From positions 224,001 to 288,000 of the forward strand of contig CAVTET010000003.1 of NCBI GenBank assembly GCA_963733675.1: a DNA stretch of 64,000 nucleotides, written 5' to 3'. The notes beneath the pieces are model-generated. The model had not been told where the DNA came from and did no database searches. It worked only from the letters and a program-made list of their open reading frames with translations. The position numbers and the translations under genes are program-made. Of this stretch, positions 1-12,022 are shown in pieces. Within the stretch, counting starts at the first letter, position 1. Each line of letters begins with the position of its first letter. The stretch comes from an uncultured Methanosarcinaceae archaeon (GTDB lineage Archaea; Halobacteriota; Methanosarcinia; Methanosarcinales; Methanosarcinaceae).

Positions 1-1
1 A

Positions 2-787
2 CTTGATATGATACTCCTCTCAGAGAAAAGACAGAACGTGATTCTCCTTTTGCTCGAAGGGCCAATGACTATCGATACCATCAAAAAAAGTCTTAATGCT
101 AGTGCGACATCTATCCAGCCGCAGATAAAAATGCTCAAAGAAAATCACCTTGTAGTCCAAGAAAACAATTTTTATAAGCTAAGCGAAATAGGGAAAATAG
201 TAGCTGGGAAAATGAAACCCCTGCTAAATACTCTTTCTTTTCTGGAAGAAGATGTAAATTATTGGTTTGAAAGGGATCTGACCCAGATTCCAAAATACCT
301 TCTTAGCCGAATTAAGGATCTCGGGCACATAACAATAACTGAACCTAAACCAGACAACATGTTTGAGATGAATGCAGAGTACGTCAAAAATGCTAAAACG
401 GCAAAGAAGCTGGAAGCTATAATTTCTTACTTTCATCCTTTATTTCCTTCTTTGTATCTTGAAATTGCCGAAAAGGGAGCATTTGTATCTCTTATTCTTC
501 AAAAATCGATCCTGAAAAAATGGACTGAAGAGCACAAGATACTAACAGAGAAATTTATAAGGCTGGCAAATACTAAATTTTTTGTCGGCACTGATTATGA
601 AAAGATTCCAGCTATCACAGCTGCAGATAACTTCATGGCGATGGTCCTCTTCCCGAAAGAAGCTGCTTTCGACCGGAAATATCTATTCAGCTTTGAACAA
701 GACGCTCTAGTCTGGGGAAAAGAATTGTATGATCATTATGAACGGCTCTCTTTAAGGATTTATGATATCGAGAAATGCAAAGAATAA
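2..787 (+). CDS. Winged helix-turn-helix transcriptional regulator (DUF1724/FilR1-like); true start may lie just before the window
   Basis: LSEKRQNVILLLLEGP...PQIKML...YKLSEIG wHTH N-terminus and 'ALVWGKELYDHY' C-terminus typical of Methanosarcina DUF1724 proteins; frame open from position 2. Confidence 0.8.
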   Translation, partial: LDMILLSEKRQNVILLLLEGPMTIDTIKKSLNASATSIQPQIKMLKENHLVVQENNFYKLSEIGKIVAGKMKPLLNTLSFLEEDVNYWFERDLTQIPKYLLSRIKDLGHITITEPKPDNMFEMNAEYVKNAKTAKKLEAIISYFHPLFPSLYLEIAEKGAFVSLILQKSILKKWTEEHKILTEKFIRLANTKFFVGTDYEKIPAITAADNFMAMVLFPKEAAFDRKYLFSFEQDALVWGKELYDHYERLSLRIYDIEKCKE

Positions 788-1310
788 GATAAATTGAAAC
801 TGGAAGTGCACCTGTAAAAAGCCATAAGACCATCAAATCTTGGTTTTGACCATCGCATAAGTTTCATCAAGTCAAAAGGTATGGACATTTTATCATAAAG
901 GATTTTTATCTGTGTTTCAAGAAATTCAGGTTTTTCCCCATAAGCCCGCCGAGATCAGAACTTTGTTTCACTTTCTACCCATTATTAACCAACTTTAGTC
1001 TTTAAAAGGCAAGAGAAGGGATGACCTAAAATTAGTGTATCTAATTCCAGTAGTTCCATTTTGTTGTAATGCCGAATTCAATTTTTTCTTAAAGGTTCCA
1101 AGAAAAAATTCATCCATTCATCTTGACTTAACTTTTTTTGTAATAGCTTATCGAAAATTCAATATTGTGGATTTACAAAGTAGAAATTGTGAATAGTATA
1201 TACTCAAATACGTTATAATCTTTTTGTTTTTGATTATATTTTTGAGTTTATATGTTTATATACCCTAATAAGCATCTAATCCTTTCCTAAATAAACTTGA
1301 TAAATAATTA

Positions 1311-2180
1311 CAGTACTTCACTAAGTCGTAATCGATGATTGCAAAAGAAAATTTACTCCATTTATCCTAATTAAAAGCTGATGGTCAACGTAGATGCATC
1401 TTGTTCAAGTAGATACAATATCAAAAGTATATTCTAATGTACATATGCCTTATTTTATTCGACATTTACGCCTGGGATTAACCACACATCACAAAATGTT
1501 GGAGTAGGTACTTTGAATGAGTTAAATACATAAACCCTGTTGTCACATCTATATTCACAATATTTCAATTACCATTTGATCAAGTCTGACTCTTAAGCTC
1601 TTTTTCAATGTTCTATTAATCACTGACTATCCAAAGGTTCTCAATACATACAATTCAGAGTATAGGTTCGAAGATATCCTGTGACAGATCGCTAAATCGT
1701 CATCTGAAAATGAATCTACTTTGATATATTAAATTAAGTAAATCAACCAATTTTTGAAGAACAAATCAAACCTTTAATAAAGACCTATAGAAGTATTATT
1801 TTTATGTTGATTTCACAACTGATCCAGGTTATGATGAAAAAAATGAAGATCATGACATAAGTAGAAAAAGAAAAGTATCAAAGAACTACTTCAGTTCATA
1901 TACAACGAATTATAAATTATGGAAAATGGGAATTAGAATTGCAGTTTTACCTAAGCTTCCTGATTCGTCCCTGGTTGATTCCATAATTACATTCATAAAT
2001 ATTATTAAGTAACTTAAAGCAAAAGTTAAAGTCCAGTGCATTGATTGGAATTCTACGCATTGTCACGATATAGATAACCCAGTCAATGAAGATCTCATTT
2101 ATTATTCAGTTAAGGTACAGGTGAATAGATGAAGGAATTACTAAGAATACATAGTGCTATTTTTTGATTATAGAGAACTT
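1311..2180 (+). mobile_element. Heavily decayed ISH3-like transposase remnant
   Basis: CAGTACTT end-like motif at 1311; broken translations SIHTIQ..SCDRSLNRHLK, DFTTDPGY..NED, IAVLP..FINIIK*LKAKVKVQCID resemble ISH3 transposases as recalled. Confidence 0.45.
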
Positions 2181-2489
2181 CGATAAACCTCAATGCATCA
2201 GATCATTGGAGAGTTTAAATCTATCAACAGTAATTATTTCTCATGGAAAACCTCACATATTTTATTCTAAAAAAGGGCACAGCAACTTCAGTCAGTTAAA
2301 GAAAAATTTGCTGAAATTGATTCCTTAAGATATTGAAGAACTTTTCGTATCCGAAATTTCACACCTGTACACAAATCTATATTTTGTTTGCCGATTTGCC
2401 CACTATTATTCATTGAAAGTTAGATCAATTTTTAAGCTACTGTCATATTAAAAAATAGATGGTGTTCGTGAGTATATCTACTGGAAATG

Positions 2490-2920
2490 GGATAAATTGA
2501 CGAAGATTATTTTTTTTGTTTAAAGTCAAGAAAGGACTTGGCATCTGTGAGGGCATTGAAAATATCTCAAGAATAAAATCCTATTGATAAAGAATTCAAC
2601 TCTTTAAGAAAAAGTTTGAAATTAAGCCATCGAGAATGTGATCATGAATAACATTTATGGAGCTATTCTCTTGAGCTTTATTGTTCAATTATTCATAGCA
2701 CTAATTAAATATGAATTCAAGGAGATTAAACATAGGTACACAAAAGTTATAATAAAGCTTGATGAACCTGGCACTTAAAATCAACTTCATGAAAAATATG
2801 CTAAAAAGCATATCTTGCTAAATTTGATGATATTAATGATTCAATTGTAACAAAAATGAGGAAAATCTCGTGTTACATATTCTAAAATTTCATATTTTTA
2901 CATGTTTTGTCAAATCAACT
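2490..2920 (+). mobile_element. Decayed IS1634-like transposase C-terminal remnant
   Basis: Broken translation FFCLKSRKDL..IDKEFNSL..EIKPSR..NIYGAILLSFIVQLFIALIKYEFKEIKH resembles recalled Methanosarcina IS1634 C-termini. Confidence 0.45.
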
Positions 2921-3436
2921 TGAGCCGCAAAAAGTACTGATTTTCATTAGAAATGAGTGGCAACTGTCAAAATTAAATTAGAACATAGTAGGATTAGAAA
3001 CTGGATAATTAAAAAATGATCGGAATTTAATTTTGCTTAATATCTCAATCTTCAAATTATTGATCATCTAAACAATTTGGGTATCTATTTATTTTGCTTA
3101 GAAACTTGCCAAGTACTATGTATGTTCTATAATTCAATTATTCAATTATCTTGACACTAGTATTGTCATATTTATAGTGAAGATTATGGCAATTGAAAAG
3201 TCAATTTGTGAAGTATATATGCACCCAAAGGGTCGTTTCTGTGGAATAATTCTGCTGTAAACAATGAACTTGGGCTAGAATTTCACGTAAAAAAATCAAA
3301 ACTCAAAATCTTTAGTCATTTTGAAAAGAATTCAAACATTTGAGAAGATATCACACTCTTCGAAAAAAAACAGCCGAAATATCATGAAACTAATGTTCGT
3401 AACAAAAAAGAAAGACAATCCGATTTTTGTGGGAAA

Positions 3437-4138
3437 TCAGTCTCTCAGACCGAAATGTTCCCATGCATCTTCGATATGCATGGAGCGAATTCCAAGCTTT
3501 TTGGCAGGTAGTATCTCATTTTCATAAGAATCCCCTATAGACATCACACACTTGGGCTCGAGTTCAAGTCCCATCTTCTTGAGTGCGGTCATAAAAAGCC
3601 TGCGGTCAGGTTTTTGGTATCCTACATCAGACGAAAAGATTACGAAGTCAAAGTAATCGTAAAGCCCGAAGAATCGTAGTTCCAGCTCGGAAAAAATCCT
3701 CTGGCCATTGGAGATTATGCATTTGGGGACGTTTATATAATGCTCTATTAATTTTATGCTCTGAGGAAAGGGATGGAGTTTCCGGATGGAAGCTGCCCTA
3801 AAGACCCTCGAGGTCTCAACTCCTAATTGATTCTCATCAATCTTCCAGACCGAATTTTCCCTACAGATCTCGGCAAAGATTTCTTCTACCCTTACTTCAG
3901 GATATATTTCCTTAGAATGTTCTAGTCTATCCCTGACTTTAAACATGTAAGTGTCCCATAATTTATTTGGCTCTATTTTCACCCCTTGGTAGGCAAGCCA
4001 TCGACTTAGAAAATTGTTAGTTTCAAAAGAATGTTCTTCAGTGTGAATGTCTATAAGGGTCTGATAGCAGTCAAAAATAACTCCTTTTATCTGACAACTT
4101 TCAAATGTGTCTACATCCTTTCTAGCAGTATCGCCCAT
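3437..4138 (-). CDS. HAD-superfamily hydrolase
   Basis: Motif I FDCYQTL, ISNG, KPD, GDSYENEI. Confidence 0.85.
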   Translation of the reverse strand: MGDTARKDVDTFESCQIKGVIFDCYQTLIDIHTEEHSFETNNFLSRWLAYQGVKIEPNKLWDTYMFKVRDRLEHSKEIYPEVRVEEIFAEICRENSVWKIDENQLGVETSRVFRAASIRKLHPFPQSIKLIEHYINVPKCIISNGQRIFSELELRFFGLYDYFDFVIFSSDVGYQKPDRRLFMTALKKMGLELEPKCVMSIGDSYENEILPAKKLGIRSMHIEDAWEHFGLRD

Positions 4139-4332
4139 AAATACTACCTTACCCTCACCTGCATCAGATTTGTAGTTTTCAGAGATGCTCTTACCTCCGA
4201 TGTCCCCTTTAGTAATTTTCTTTAACCTTGAGGATATTTTATTATTTTTTAGATTTTGAATTGATTAACTACTTGCAAGGAATTAATAGCAAATCCTGCC
4301 AATAGCATGAGATATTAAAAATCTCTGAACCT

Positions 4333-5274
4333 TTAATTAATCGCCTTTAAACACTCTAGTGCTTCCTTGATTAGATAATTTCTGTAGCTGCTCTGATGGA
4401 GACGCGCAGAACGAAGTAATCCTATACTCATAAAAAAGGGCAAAATCCCTGTAATTCGGAAGAAGTCCTTTTCATCCTTGCTATATTCCCAAAGGAATTG
4501 TCCAATGTAAGGTTCTGCTCTCCATCCTCCACCTTTATGTAGTTCAAAGTCATTTTTAAGTTCTGCACTAAGAATTCCGAGGTCTCTAACAGGATGAGCC
4601 TGTAACCAGGAACTTTCAAAATCAAGCGCATAAGGTTTATCCTTGTGAAATACATAATTTGAAGGAGTAGCGTCCCTATGAATCATGCAGCCATGCGCCC
4701 TGTCAAGCCATGAGCTATACCACCATTCTCCAAGCAACTGATTAAAACTTTCTCTGGTATCATGTTTCAGTTTCAGATGGTTCAATACTTCATGATAATT
4801 TCTAAACTCATTTTCCTTATTGTAGGAAGATCGAGTATTTTCGTGAAGTCTCTTGAGCATATGGCCAACTGAAGCAAGTCGTTCATATAGTCCTTTTTCA
4901 TTCTTAATGTACCAACGTAGGGACTGCCCCGGTATGTGCTCAGTTACGAGGACACAATTGAACCTTTTATTGATTGCAAGAGGCTTCGCAACATTTATTG
5001 TGAGACCTGCTTTTTTCAGGTTTCTGTATTCATTCATCATACCTTTATAGGGGTTATAATCTCTCATCCTTCCGGTGGGCTCGGAAAAAAATTTTGCCAT
5101 TACGCTTAAGTGTTCTCCTTTGAACTGGTACCTACAGACTGTATGGGAGGAATCATACTTAAAGACATCAACTAAACATCTTTTATTTCGGAGGCAGTGC
5201 TCAACAACTTCTTCAACAAGCCAATCTCTGAAAGGATCCCCAGGACTTAAAGTATTAACATGGCGATGTCCCAT
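4333..5274 (-). CDS. Aminoglycoside-phosphotransferase/choline-kinase-like protein
   Basis: HRDATPSNY catalytic loop, LDFE, and DLG motifs. Confidence 0.8.
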   Translation of the reverse strand: MGHRHVNTLSPGDPFRDWLVEEVVEHCLRNKRCLVDVFKYDSSHTVCRYQFKGEHLSVMAKFFSEPTGRMRDYNPYKGMMNEYRNLKKAGLTINVAKPLAINKRFNCVLVTEHIPGQSLRWYIKNEKGLYERLASVGHMLKRLHENTRSSYNKENEFRNYHEVLNHLKLKHDTRESFNQLLGEWWYSSWLDRAHGCMIHRDATPSNYVFHKDKPYALDFESSWLQAHPVRDLGILSAELKNDFELHKGGGWRAEPYIGQFLWEYSKDEKDFFRITGILPFFMSIGLLRSARLHQSSYRNYLIKEALECLKAIN

Positions 5275-5772
5275 CTCATACTACCCCTATCTTCCAGGAA
5301 CACTCATACAATCGTATCTTTTGCTCAGTATTCATATATTTCCATTCTGAAACTTTCAATTCCTATAAAAGATCTTATTTCTCCTTTGATTACATTAATA
5401 CTGATAGCGGTATAACTATATATTGGATATATTATATTTTTATTGGTGCATAACTACATAAACTTTAATAAATTATTTAGAATTAAGGTCAATTTTACAT
5501 CAATCTTATTATTACCTCCTCTCTTTTCCAAGTATTCTTCTTTAACGTAAGTTATTTAGTTCTATTCTTAGAATCCAGTTTGCTTATTCATAACCACCTT
5601 TGCCTCTTCCTATAAGCCGAGGAGGAAAATAAATCGAGGGAGTAGATTTACATCATGAAGCAGATATGCAAGGGTAATGTCGTATTTTAACAGATAATCC
5701 AGATCAAGAGAGTGGAATATCCGTCAGCACTTTAAAAGATGACAGTTATGTCATTTTCAAAATTTTCGGTTT

Positions 5773-5960
5773 TGTTTTAGTGAATACCACTCAGCTTATT
5801 GGCAAAATGTAAACTTTTTCGAGAATTGTGATTAACTAACTGATTTGCACTTTAAGCTACCTTCGTAATATGAAACGGAACTCCAGCATGCAAAATCATT
5901 GTGTCTACAAGATGTCTAATGGTTTTTGAATAAAGTCTCGTAAAAATATATTACTTTAGA
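5773..5960 (+). mobile_element. Degenerate IS200-type left end and tnpA 5' fragment
   Basis: Aligns to the reverse complement of 61130-61315 (GAATACC..CAGCTT end; GGAACT..CATTGTGT.TA.AA..TGGTTTTT..CGTAAAAAT). Confidence 0.55.
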
Positions 5961-6883
5961 AGTGCTGAGGATGACGAGTACCCTGTTATTTAAGTTAGGT
6001 ATGAAGTGAACTTTCGCCTTTTTTGGTTTAACCCTCGAAATCATCACTCCTTTGTAAAGTTAATTTGTTTTTGGCACCATTTTCAGAGGTAGAACTCCCA
6101 CCCCCCTGGCAGGGATGTTATAAGCACTGAAATTAAACAACTTTAGCCATGATTATGGTCCAATCATTACAAAGGATTTCAATAAACCTATGATTTCACG
6201 AGTTATTTATATACAAATTACAATCATATAATACAATTTAGGGATTTATCTAAATCCTCTATGGTTTAGGATGATAATAGAAACAGTAAAACAGATGAAA
6301 TAAAAATTTCAAAATAATATAAATTCTCTTGAAAGTGGGTCGAAAAATCCACAAAGATGAGTTAATTTGACAATGCCAAGTTAATTACAAATCTATAAAA
6401 TAACAGTTTGCGATTCAAATATTCACTTTAAGTCGTCTGGTATTGTATAAATTCAGAAAAGGTAAACGAAAGGAATTACTGCAAAAGCTTCCCATTTTCT
6501 TCCGTTTTTTCCATGCTTTTCTTCGTTCAACTTTGTATTTTGTGATTAGCAGAGATATGTATGTAATTGAACACAAATCCTTTTTTCAAAGTTTTATAAG
6601 TGTTAATTTCTAATATAGGAATATAGTTGTATGCAAATAAAGAATGCTGACAAAGTTAGCGACGTAATAAGTTGGCCACTTAATACTTAATTATAGTGTA
6701 AGTAAAGATAAATTATTGAGTAATCTAACCAAAAAATATGATTATAGAGTATAATGCACTAATGTAAACTAAGATAGCCACTGAAATGGATAAAGGCTCA
6801 TAGTATACAGGAACCTTGGGAAATTGTAAATGTTACTAAGCCATCTAATAAAACGTACTAATCTGATTGGGACCTGTTTTATT

Positions 6884-7540
6884 CTACACTTCTTTGAATT
6901 CAACCTCAATGGGCTTGGTTTTTGTATCTTCGATAGTTATAAGGGCATAGGAACCCTTGCAGGCCTCTCCAGGGTTTACTATCATAGTCGCTCCAATATT
7001 TTCAATACCTTTCGCCTCATGGATGTGCCCACATACTATCAGGTCAACTCTGTCAACGAATTTTAGAATTGCTTTGCTGCCGACATGCCCAAAGGGAAGC
7101 TCATCCCTGGCTCCATGAGGTGGGGCATGAGTAAGAAGCACTATCGGCCCATGATCTTCTGTACTTTCGGCGGAGTAGAACATTCCTTTAAGGACTCTTT
7201 CGATCTCTTCTTCAGAAAGTTCAAAGGGAGTATTGAAAGGCGTGAAATTTGAGCCTCCGAGTCCTATAAACCGGATCTTTCCGATCTGTTCAAGTTTACC
7301 ATGCATATTTATAGCTTTTGAGGTATCAAGCGCTTCAAGAATACTCTTCTGGTCGCAGTTCCCTGGGATTGCAAGCACAGGCTTATCAAACATTTCCATC
7401 AATTCTTTGACCTTCGCATCAGGTCCAAAGTGAGTAAGGTCTCCGGCAATCATAGCAATGTCAAAATCTCCAGCTGTTTCCATTATTTTCTCTATCTTTG
7501 AATAATCCCCGTGGGGATCAGAAATAGCTAGTATCTTCAT
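6884..7540 (-). CDS. Metallophosphoesterase (calcineurin-like/Icc family)
   Basis: SDPHG, AGDL, PGNCD, THAPP, GHIHE motifs; start MKILAISD at 7540. Confidence 0.9.
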   Translation of the reverse strand: MKILAISDPHGDYSKIEKIMETAGDFDIAMIAGDLTHFGPDAKVKELMEMFDKPVLAIPGNCDQKSILEALDTSKAINMHGKLEQIGKIRFIGLGGSNFTPFNTPFELSEEEIERVLKGMFYSAESTEDHGPIVLLTHAPPHGARDELPFGHVGSKAILKFVDRVDLIVCGHIHEAKGIENIGATMIVNPGEACKGSYALITIEDTKTKPIEVEFKEV

Positions 7541-7815
7541 ACGTATCCCATCCGTATAAGCAGTATCGCAACTTTGTTTTGAATTCGAAATCAAGTTTTT
7601 ATGTACTGTGTGTAATTTGGTTCTTTAGATGTGAAATTTTTCTATCCAATAACTTATTGAGAGTTGTGATTTTACAGAAAATAAGGCACACAGTCTTATT
7701 ATATGTAATCCCACTCCCAGGTTTTTAATTCAATGTTTTTAGTTTATAACATCATAATCTTTGCTTACTTTGAACATCATACATCTTTTATATTCCCTAC
7801 GAAAATATAGTGCCC

Positions 7816-8436
7816 ATGCGAGATATCGTTGTCATAGGGCATAAGGCAAAAACAAACGGCGATTTTTCTTTAAACGATCTCCCCGGTTCTGCGGGAAGAA
7901 TGGATATTCTCTGCCGCTGCGTAAGCTCTGCCCTATTTATCTCTTTTGGAATGCGCAGGAATGTGAATGTAAACCTACTTCTTTTAGGAGATCCTGAGCC
8001 AGGGAAGATCATCAGATTTGAAGGGCTAAACCTGAAATACCTTAATCCTGATGAAAGAAGTAGTGGTTCGCTTATCCAGAAAGCTCTTCAGAAGAATGCA
8101 ATCGAGAAATATACTCATTCCACTCCAGGTGTTTGGATCCGCAGGGGAGACCTTAAATCCATTCTCTCAGAGTTTGAAGGGCGAACCCTACTTTACCTAC
8201 GAGAAGATGGGGAGGATATTCGAGAATTTTCCTGTGAGATCCGGGATCCTATTTTTATTCTGGGAGATCATACAGGTGTTACAGAAGATGAGGAAGAACA
8301 GATCTTGAAGGCAGGGGCAAAAATTATATCTGTAGGCCCGATTTCCCTTCACTCTAACCATTGCATAATCCTTGTCCATAATGAGTTGGACAGAGCTGAG
8401 TCTGAAAAAAAGGCATCAACAAGAAGAACTTATTGA
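7816..8436 (+). CDS. trmY: tRNA (pseudouridine54-N1)-methyltransferase
   Basis: DFSLNDLPGSAGRMDILCRC, PDERS, LGDH, SVGP..LH..HCI SPOUT signature; adjacent to pus10. Confidence 0.95.
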   Translation: MRDIVVIGHKAKTNGDFSLNDLPGSAGRMDILCRCVSSALFISFGMRRNVNVNLLLLGDPEPGKIIRFEGLNLKYLNPDERSSGSLIQKALQKNAIEKYTHSTPGVWIRRGDLKSILSEFEGRTLLYLREDGEDIREFSCEIRDPIFILGDHTGVTEDEEEQILKAGAKIISVGPISLHSNHCIILVHNELDRAESEKKASTRRTY

Positions 8437-8674
8437 AAGGATGATGAATAATCTGTAATTTTTGATTTGCCTCAATGCAAAAAGCTATATCCCATTTATT
8501 TGTATGAAGATAGAAGTTTACTCGACGTATCTTTCAGGATATTTACCTCTTCGAATATTGCCACTTAGGCATTCATCTTCAGGGCATTCTTTCTTGCCTT
8601 CGATTTATTTTTTATTTCCATAATATACACTCAAGGTCTATTCTCCATCTAGAGAGTTAAAGAGAGTGAAAAAA

Positions 8675-9970
8675 ATGGATGTACTTGAAATTTCAAAAAA
8701 GATTCTACATGAAGGCCCGATATGTGATCACTGCCTTGGTCGCCAATTTGCAAAATTATCTACCGGCCTGAGTAATAAAGAACGTGGTCAGGCCTTAAAA
8801 CTCGCCCTTGTTCTGGAAGGGGATAGTGCTTACAAAAGTGAAAAAGATAATTATCTACTAAAGGAACTTTCCTGTTGCAGTGTATTTGCAAGGAAGACTC
8901 TTGGAACAGAGGGTGAAGACGAGAAGTGCTGGGTTTGCCTTGACCAATTCAAAAAGCTAGATGTATGGGCAGATAAAGCGGCAAAGGCTCTTGAAGGCCT
9001 TGAGTATTCTACATTTCTTGTGGGCACAAAGATTAGTGGGCTCCTGAGTGAAAACGAAGAAATCCTCTGGGCTGAGGCAGGGACTTTGTATGCTGAACAG
9101 CTTAAGACAGAGTTTAACAGAGAAGTAGGCAAGCGGATTGCCGAAAAAGTTCAAAAAGATGTGGATTTAAAAAACCCAGATATTACAATTATCCTTGACC
9201 TTGCAAAAAGCAATCTTGAGCTTCAGATCCGCCCTGTATATATCATTAGTCGCTATTGCAAAATGGTAAGAGGAATCCCGCAGACACGCTGGCCTTGCAG
9301 GAAATGTAAGGGCAAAGGTTGTGGAGGATGTAATTATACCGGTAAACAGTACCATGAGTCTGTAGACGAGTTGATTAAGGATCCTATTCTAGAAGCATTC
9401 CAGGCAGTTGATACAGCTTTTCACGGCTCGGGTAGGGAAGATATAGATGCCCTTATGCTTGGAAGAGGCAGGCCTTTTATAGTGGAAGCAAAGTCTCCTA
9501 AAAAGCGTAACGTGAATCTTGAAGAGCTTATGAAAAGCATTAACGATAAAGCTGACGGAAAAATTTATGTAAGAGAGCTTTCTTTCGTCGGAAAAAATAT
9601 GATTGAAACTCTAAAAAGCTTAAAAGCGGATAAAACTTATAAGCTTAAAGTTACATTTAAGGAACCTGTCTCAGAGAAAGAGCTTAAAGCGTGTCTTGAG
9701 TCTCTTAACGGCACAGAGATCAAACAGCAGACTCCAAGACGCGTAGTTCACAGGAGAGCTGACATTGTCCGGAAGAGATACGTGAATAGCATAAAACTTG
9801 ATGAATTGACAGAGGATGGTTATGCTTACATAATAGTCAATTGCGAAGGCGGTTTGTATGTAAAAGAACTTATTTCCGGAGATGATGGTAGAACAAATCC
9901 AAGTCTTAGTGGGCTTTTAGGTATTTATACACTTGTGGAAGATCTTGATGTAATTAATGTAGATATCTAA
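8675..9970 (+). CDS. pus10: tRNA pseudouridine 54/55 synthase
   Basis: CDHCLGRQF, PQTRWPC, FHGSGREDIDALMLG, GGLYVKELISGD motifs. Confidence 0.95.
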   Translation: MDVLEISKKILHEGPICDHCLGRQFAKLSTGLSNKERGQALKLALVLEGDSAYKSEKDNYLLKELSCCSVFARKTLGTEGEDEKCWVCLDQFKKLDVWADKAAKALEGLEYSTFLVGTKISGLLSENEEILWAEAGTLYAEQLKTEFNREVGKRIAEKVQKDVDLKNPDITIILDLAKSNLELQIRPVYIISRYCKMVRGIPQTRWPCRKCKGKGCGGCNYTGKQYHESVDELIKDPILEAFQAVDTAFHGSGREDIDALMLGRGRPFIVEAKSPKKRNVNLEELMKSINDKADGKIYVRELSFVGKNMIETLKSLKADKTYKLKVTFKEPVSEKELKACLESLNGTEIKQQTPRRVVHRRADIVRKRYVNSIKLDELTEDGYAYIIVNCEGGLYVKELISGDDGRTNPSLSGLLGIYTLVEDLDVINVDI

Positions 9971-10127
9971 GCAATGCTTAAATTAGATTTATTCAAGAGA
10001 TTTTTTTATTATCTTCAGGTTTTTGATTTCTCGTCATCGAAGAATTAGGGAAATACTAGTAAATTTTTAAAATCCCAATAAATAATAAAGAGTCTATTAT
10101 ATAGAGAGTCAAGAAAAAATTGCCTAA

Positions 10128-10493
<366 letters not shown>

Positions 10494-11221
10494 TATCATT
10501 TCAGACATCTAAGTTCTAAATCTAATCTTTTTATATTGGGTTTGCTGTCTACAAGCATCTTACCTCGCAGACGCTAGTTCATGCCTAAAGGATTGGAAAA
10601 TTGCGGGATCAATAGACTACTAAATAATTATAGTCATCCCAATAAAAAGCGACACTTCCTAATATGAGAAAAATAAAGTTATGGCCACCTCAAAAAAAAT
10701 TCCCATTTTCGTAGTTACATAATTTCGAATGGTCTAAGGATTAATTATTACTTGAAAACCATAATTGGTTTTTAAAACTGCGATTAATTCGTTGGTTCAC
10801 TATAAATATAAAAAACCTAAATTCCCTCGAAAAAACTGTTAAAAATACAAGCTCAGATGAGAACAAAAAGCTACTATGAGAACCCTAGTTCTAATTCAGA
10901 TTCGGAAATATCTGTAGTTATATATTGTTTGTCAAACATATAACTTGGATACAATATTAGGATAATGTTATCCAGAGCAACCCAATTTGTTAAATGAAGG
11001 CTGGAGCATGAATGAAATTAAATTTGGATGAAACTGATCAAATGTAGTATAACAACTATTTACCACAAAAGTTAGTTCAAATTACAGTATTCGGAGTATT
11101 ACCAGGAAAAAGATACTTGGGAAGTCAGAAATTATTAGGATATCGAAGAGTGATCGAAATAGACCAGTCTGCAGAGAATGGCAATTATCTAAAGTTTTTA
11201 ACTCAAAAAGAGTGTATTCCA

Positions 11222-11575
11222 ATGATAGTCAAGGAAGTCCTCAACGAAGAATTATTGACGTTGGCTGAAGTCAAAGAAATACTTTCCAAGATTGCTGAAG
11301 AACGTAGAGAGCAAGGGACTGAGGTTGTATACGGATTTCGAAAAGCCTTGCATCATGCTGATCAGTTCTCAAAGATCAGTGGGGAAAAATCAAGAGAACT
11401 TGTTAATAAACTGCTAATGCTAGAAAAAATGAAAGCTGTAATCGCGGTTAGGATCGCAGATATTCTGCCTCAGTCCAGGGACGAAATCAGATCAATCTAT
11501 GCAAAAGAAAAGTATACGCTGAGTAATGAAGAGTTGGACCAGATTCTTGATTACATATCTGAGACTATGGAATAA
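11222..11575 (+). CDS. rpoF: RNA polymerase subunit Rpo4/RpoF
   Basis: LTLAEVKEIL..AVRIADILPQSRDEIRSI; conserved archaeal position after rpl21e. Confidence 0.92.
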   Translation: MIVKEVLNEELLTLAEVKEILSKIAEERREQGTEVVYGFRKALHHADQFSKISGEKSRELVNKLLMLEKMKAVIAVRIADILPQSRDEIRSIYAKEKYTLSNEELDQILDYISETME

Positions 11576-12022
11576 GTAAAATTTTACACTTGTTCTTATT
11601 TTATTGGCTTTTGATTTATTGCAGTTGCATAATGCCGAGAATGAGGATGAATTTCTGCGATTCCATAAATATTAAAAAGTCTCTCAAATTAAAAGGGAAT
11701 AGCTATATAGCAGTTTCTATCTTCTTATTTAGAAGATGAGTATTCGAAACATATATCATTTACGTATCATGGAGTAATCTTCATATTATAAAATTAAACA
11801 CAGAGGATTCTTAAGGCGGCAGTAGGCCTTGAGTCCTAGAACTGGCTATGACAAAATCATAAGTTTTCAAAAAACTTATCGTTGAAGGCTGAAGGTATGA
11901 TTATTGGAGAAGATCTTGAATAGTATAGAAGCATTAAAATAAGCTGATAGTGTTAAGGTTTTGTATACCCTGGAAAGAGAGTCTATTGCAGGATTTCATA
12001 TTTAGCGATAGGATGGGTGCTG

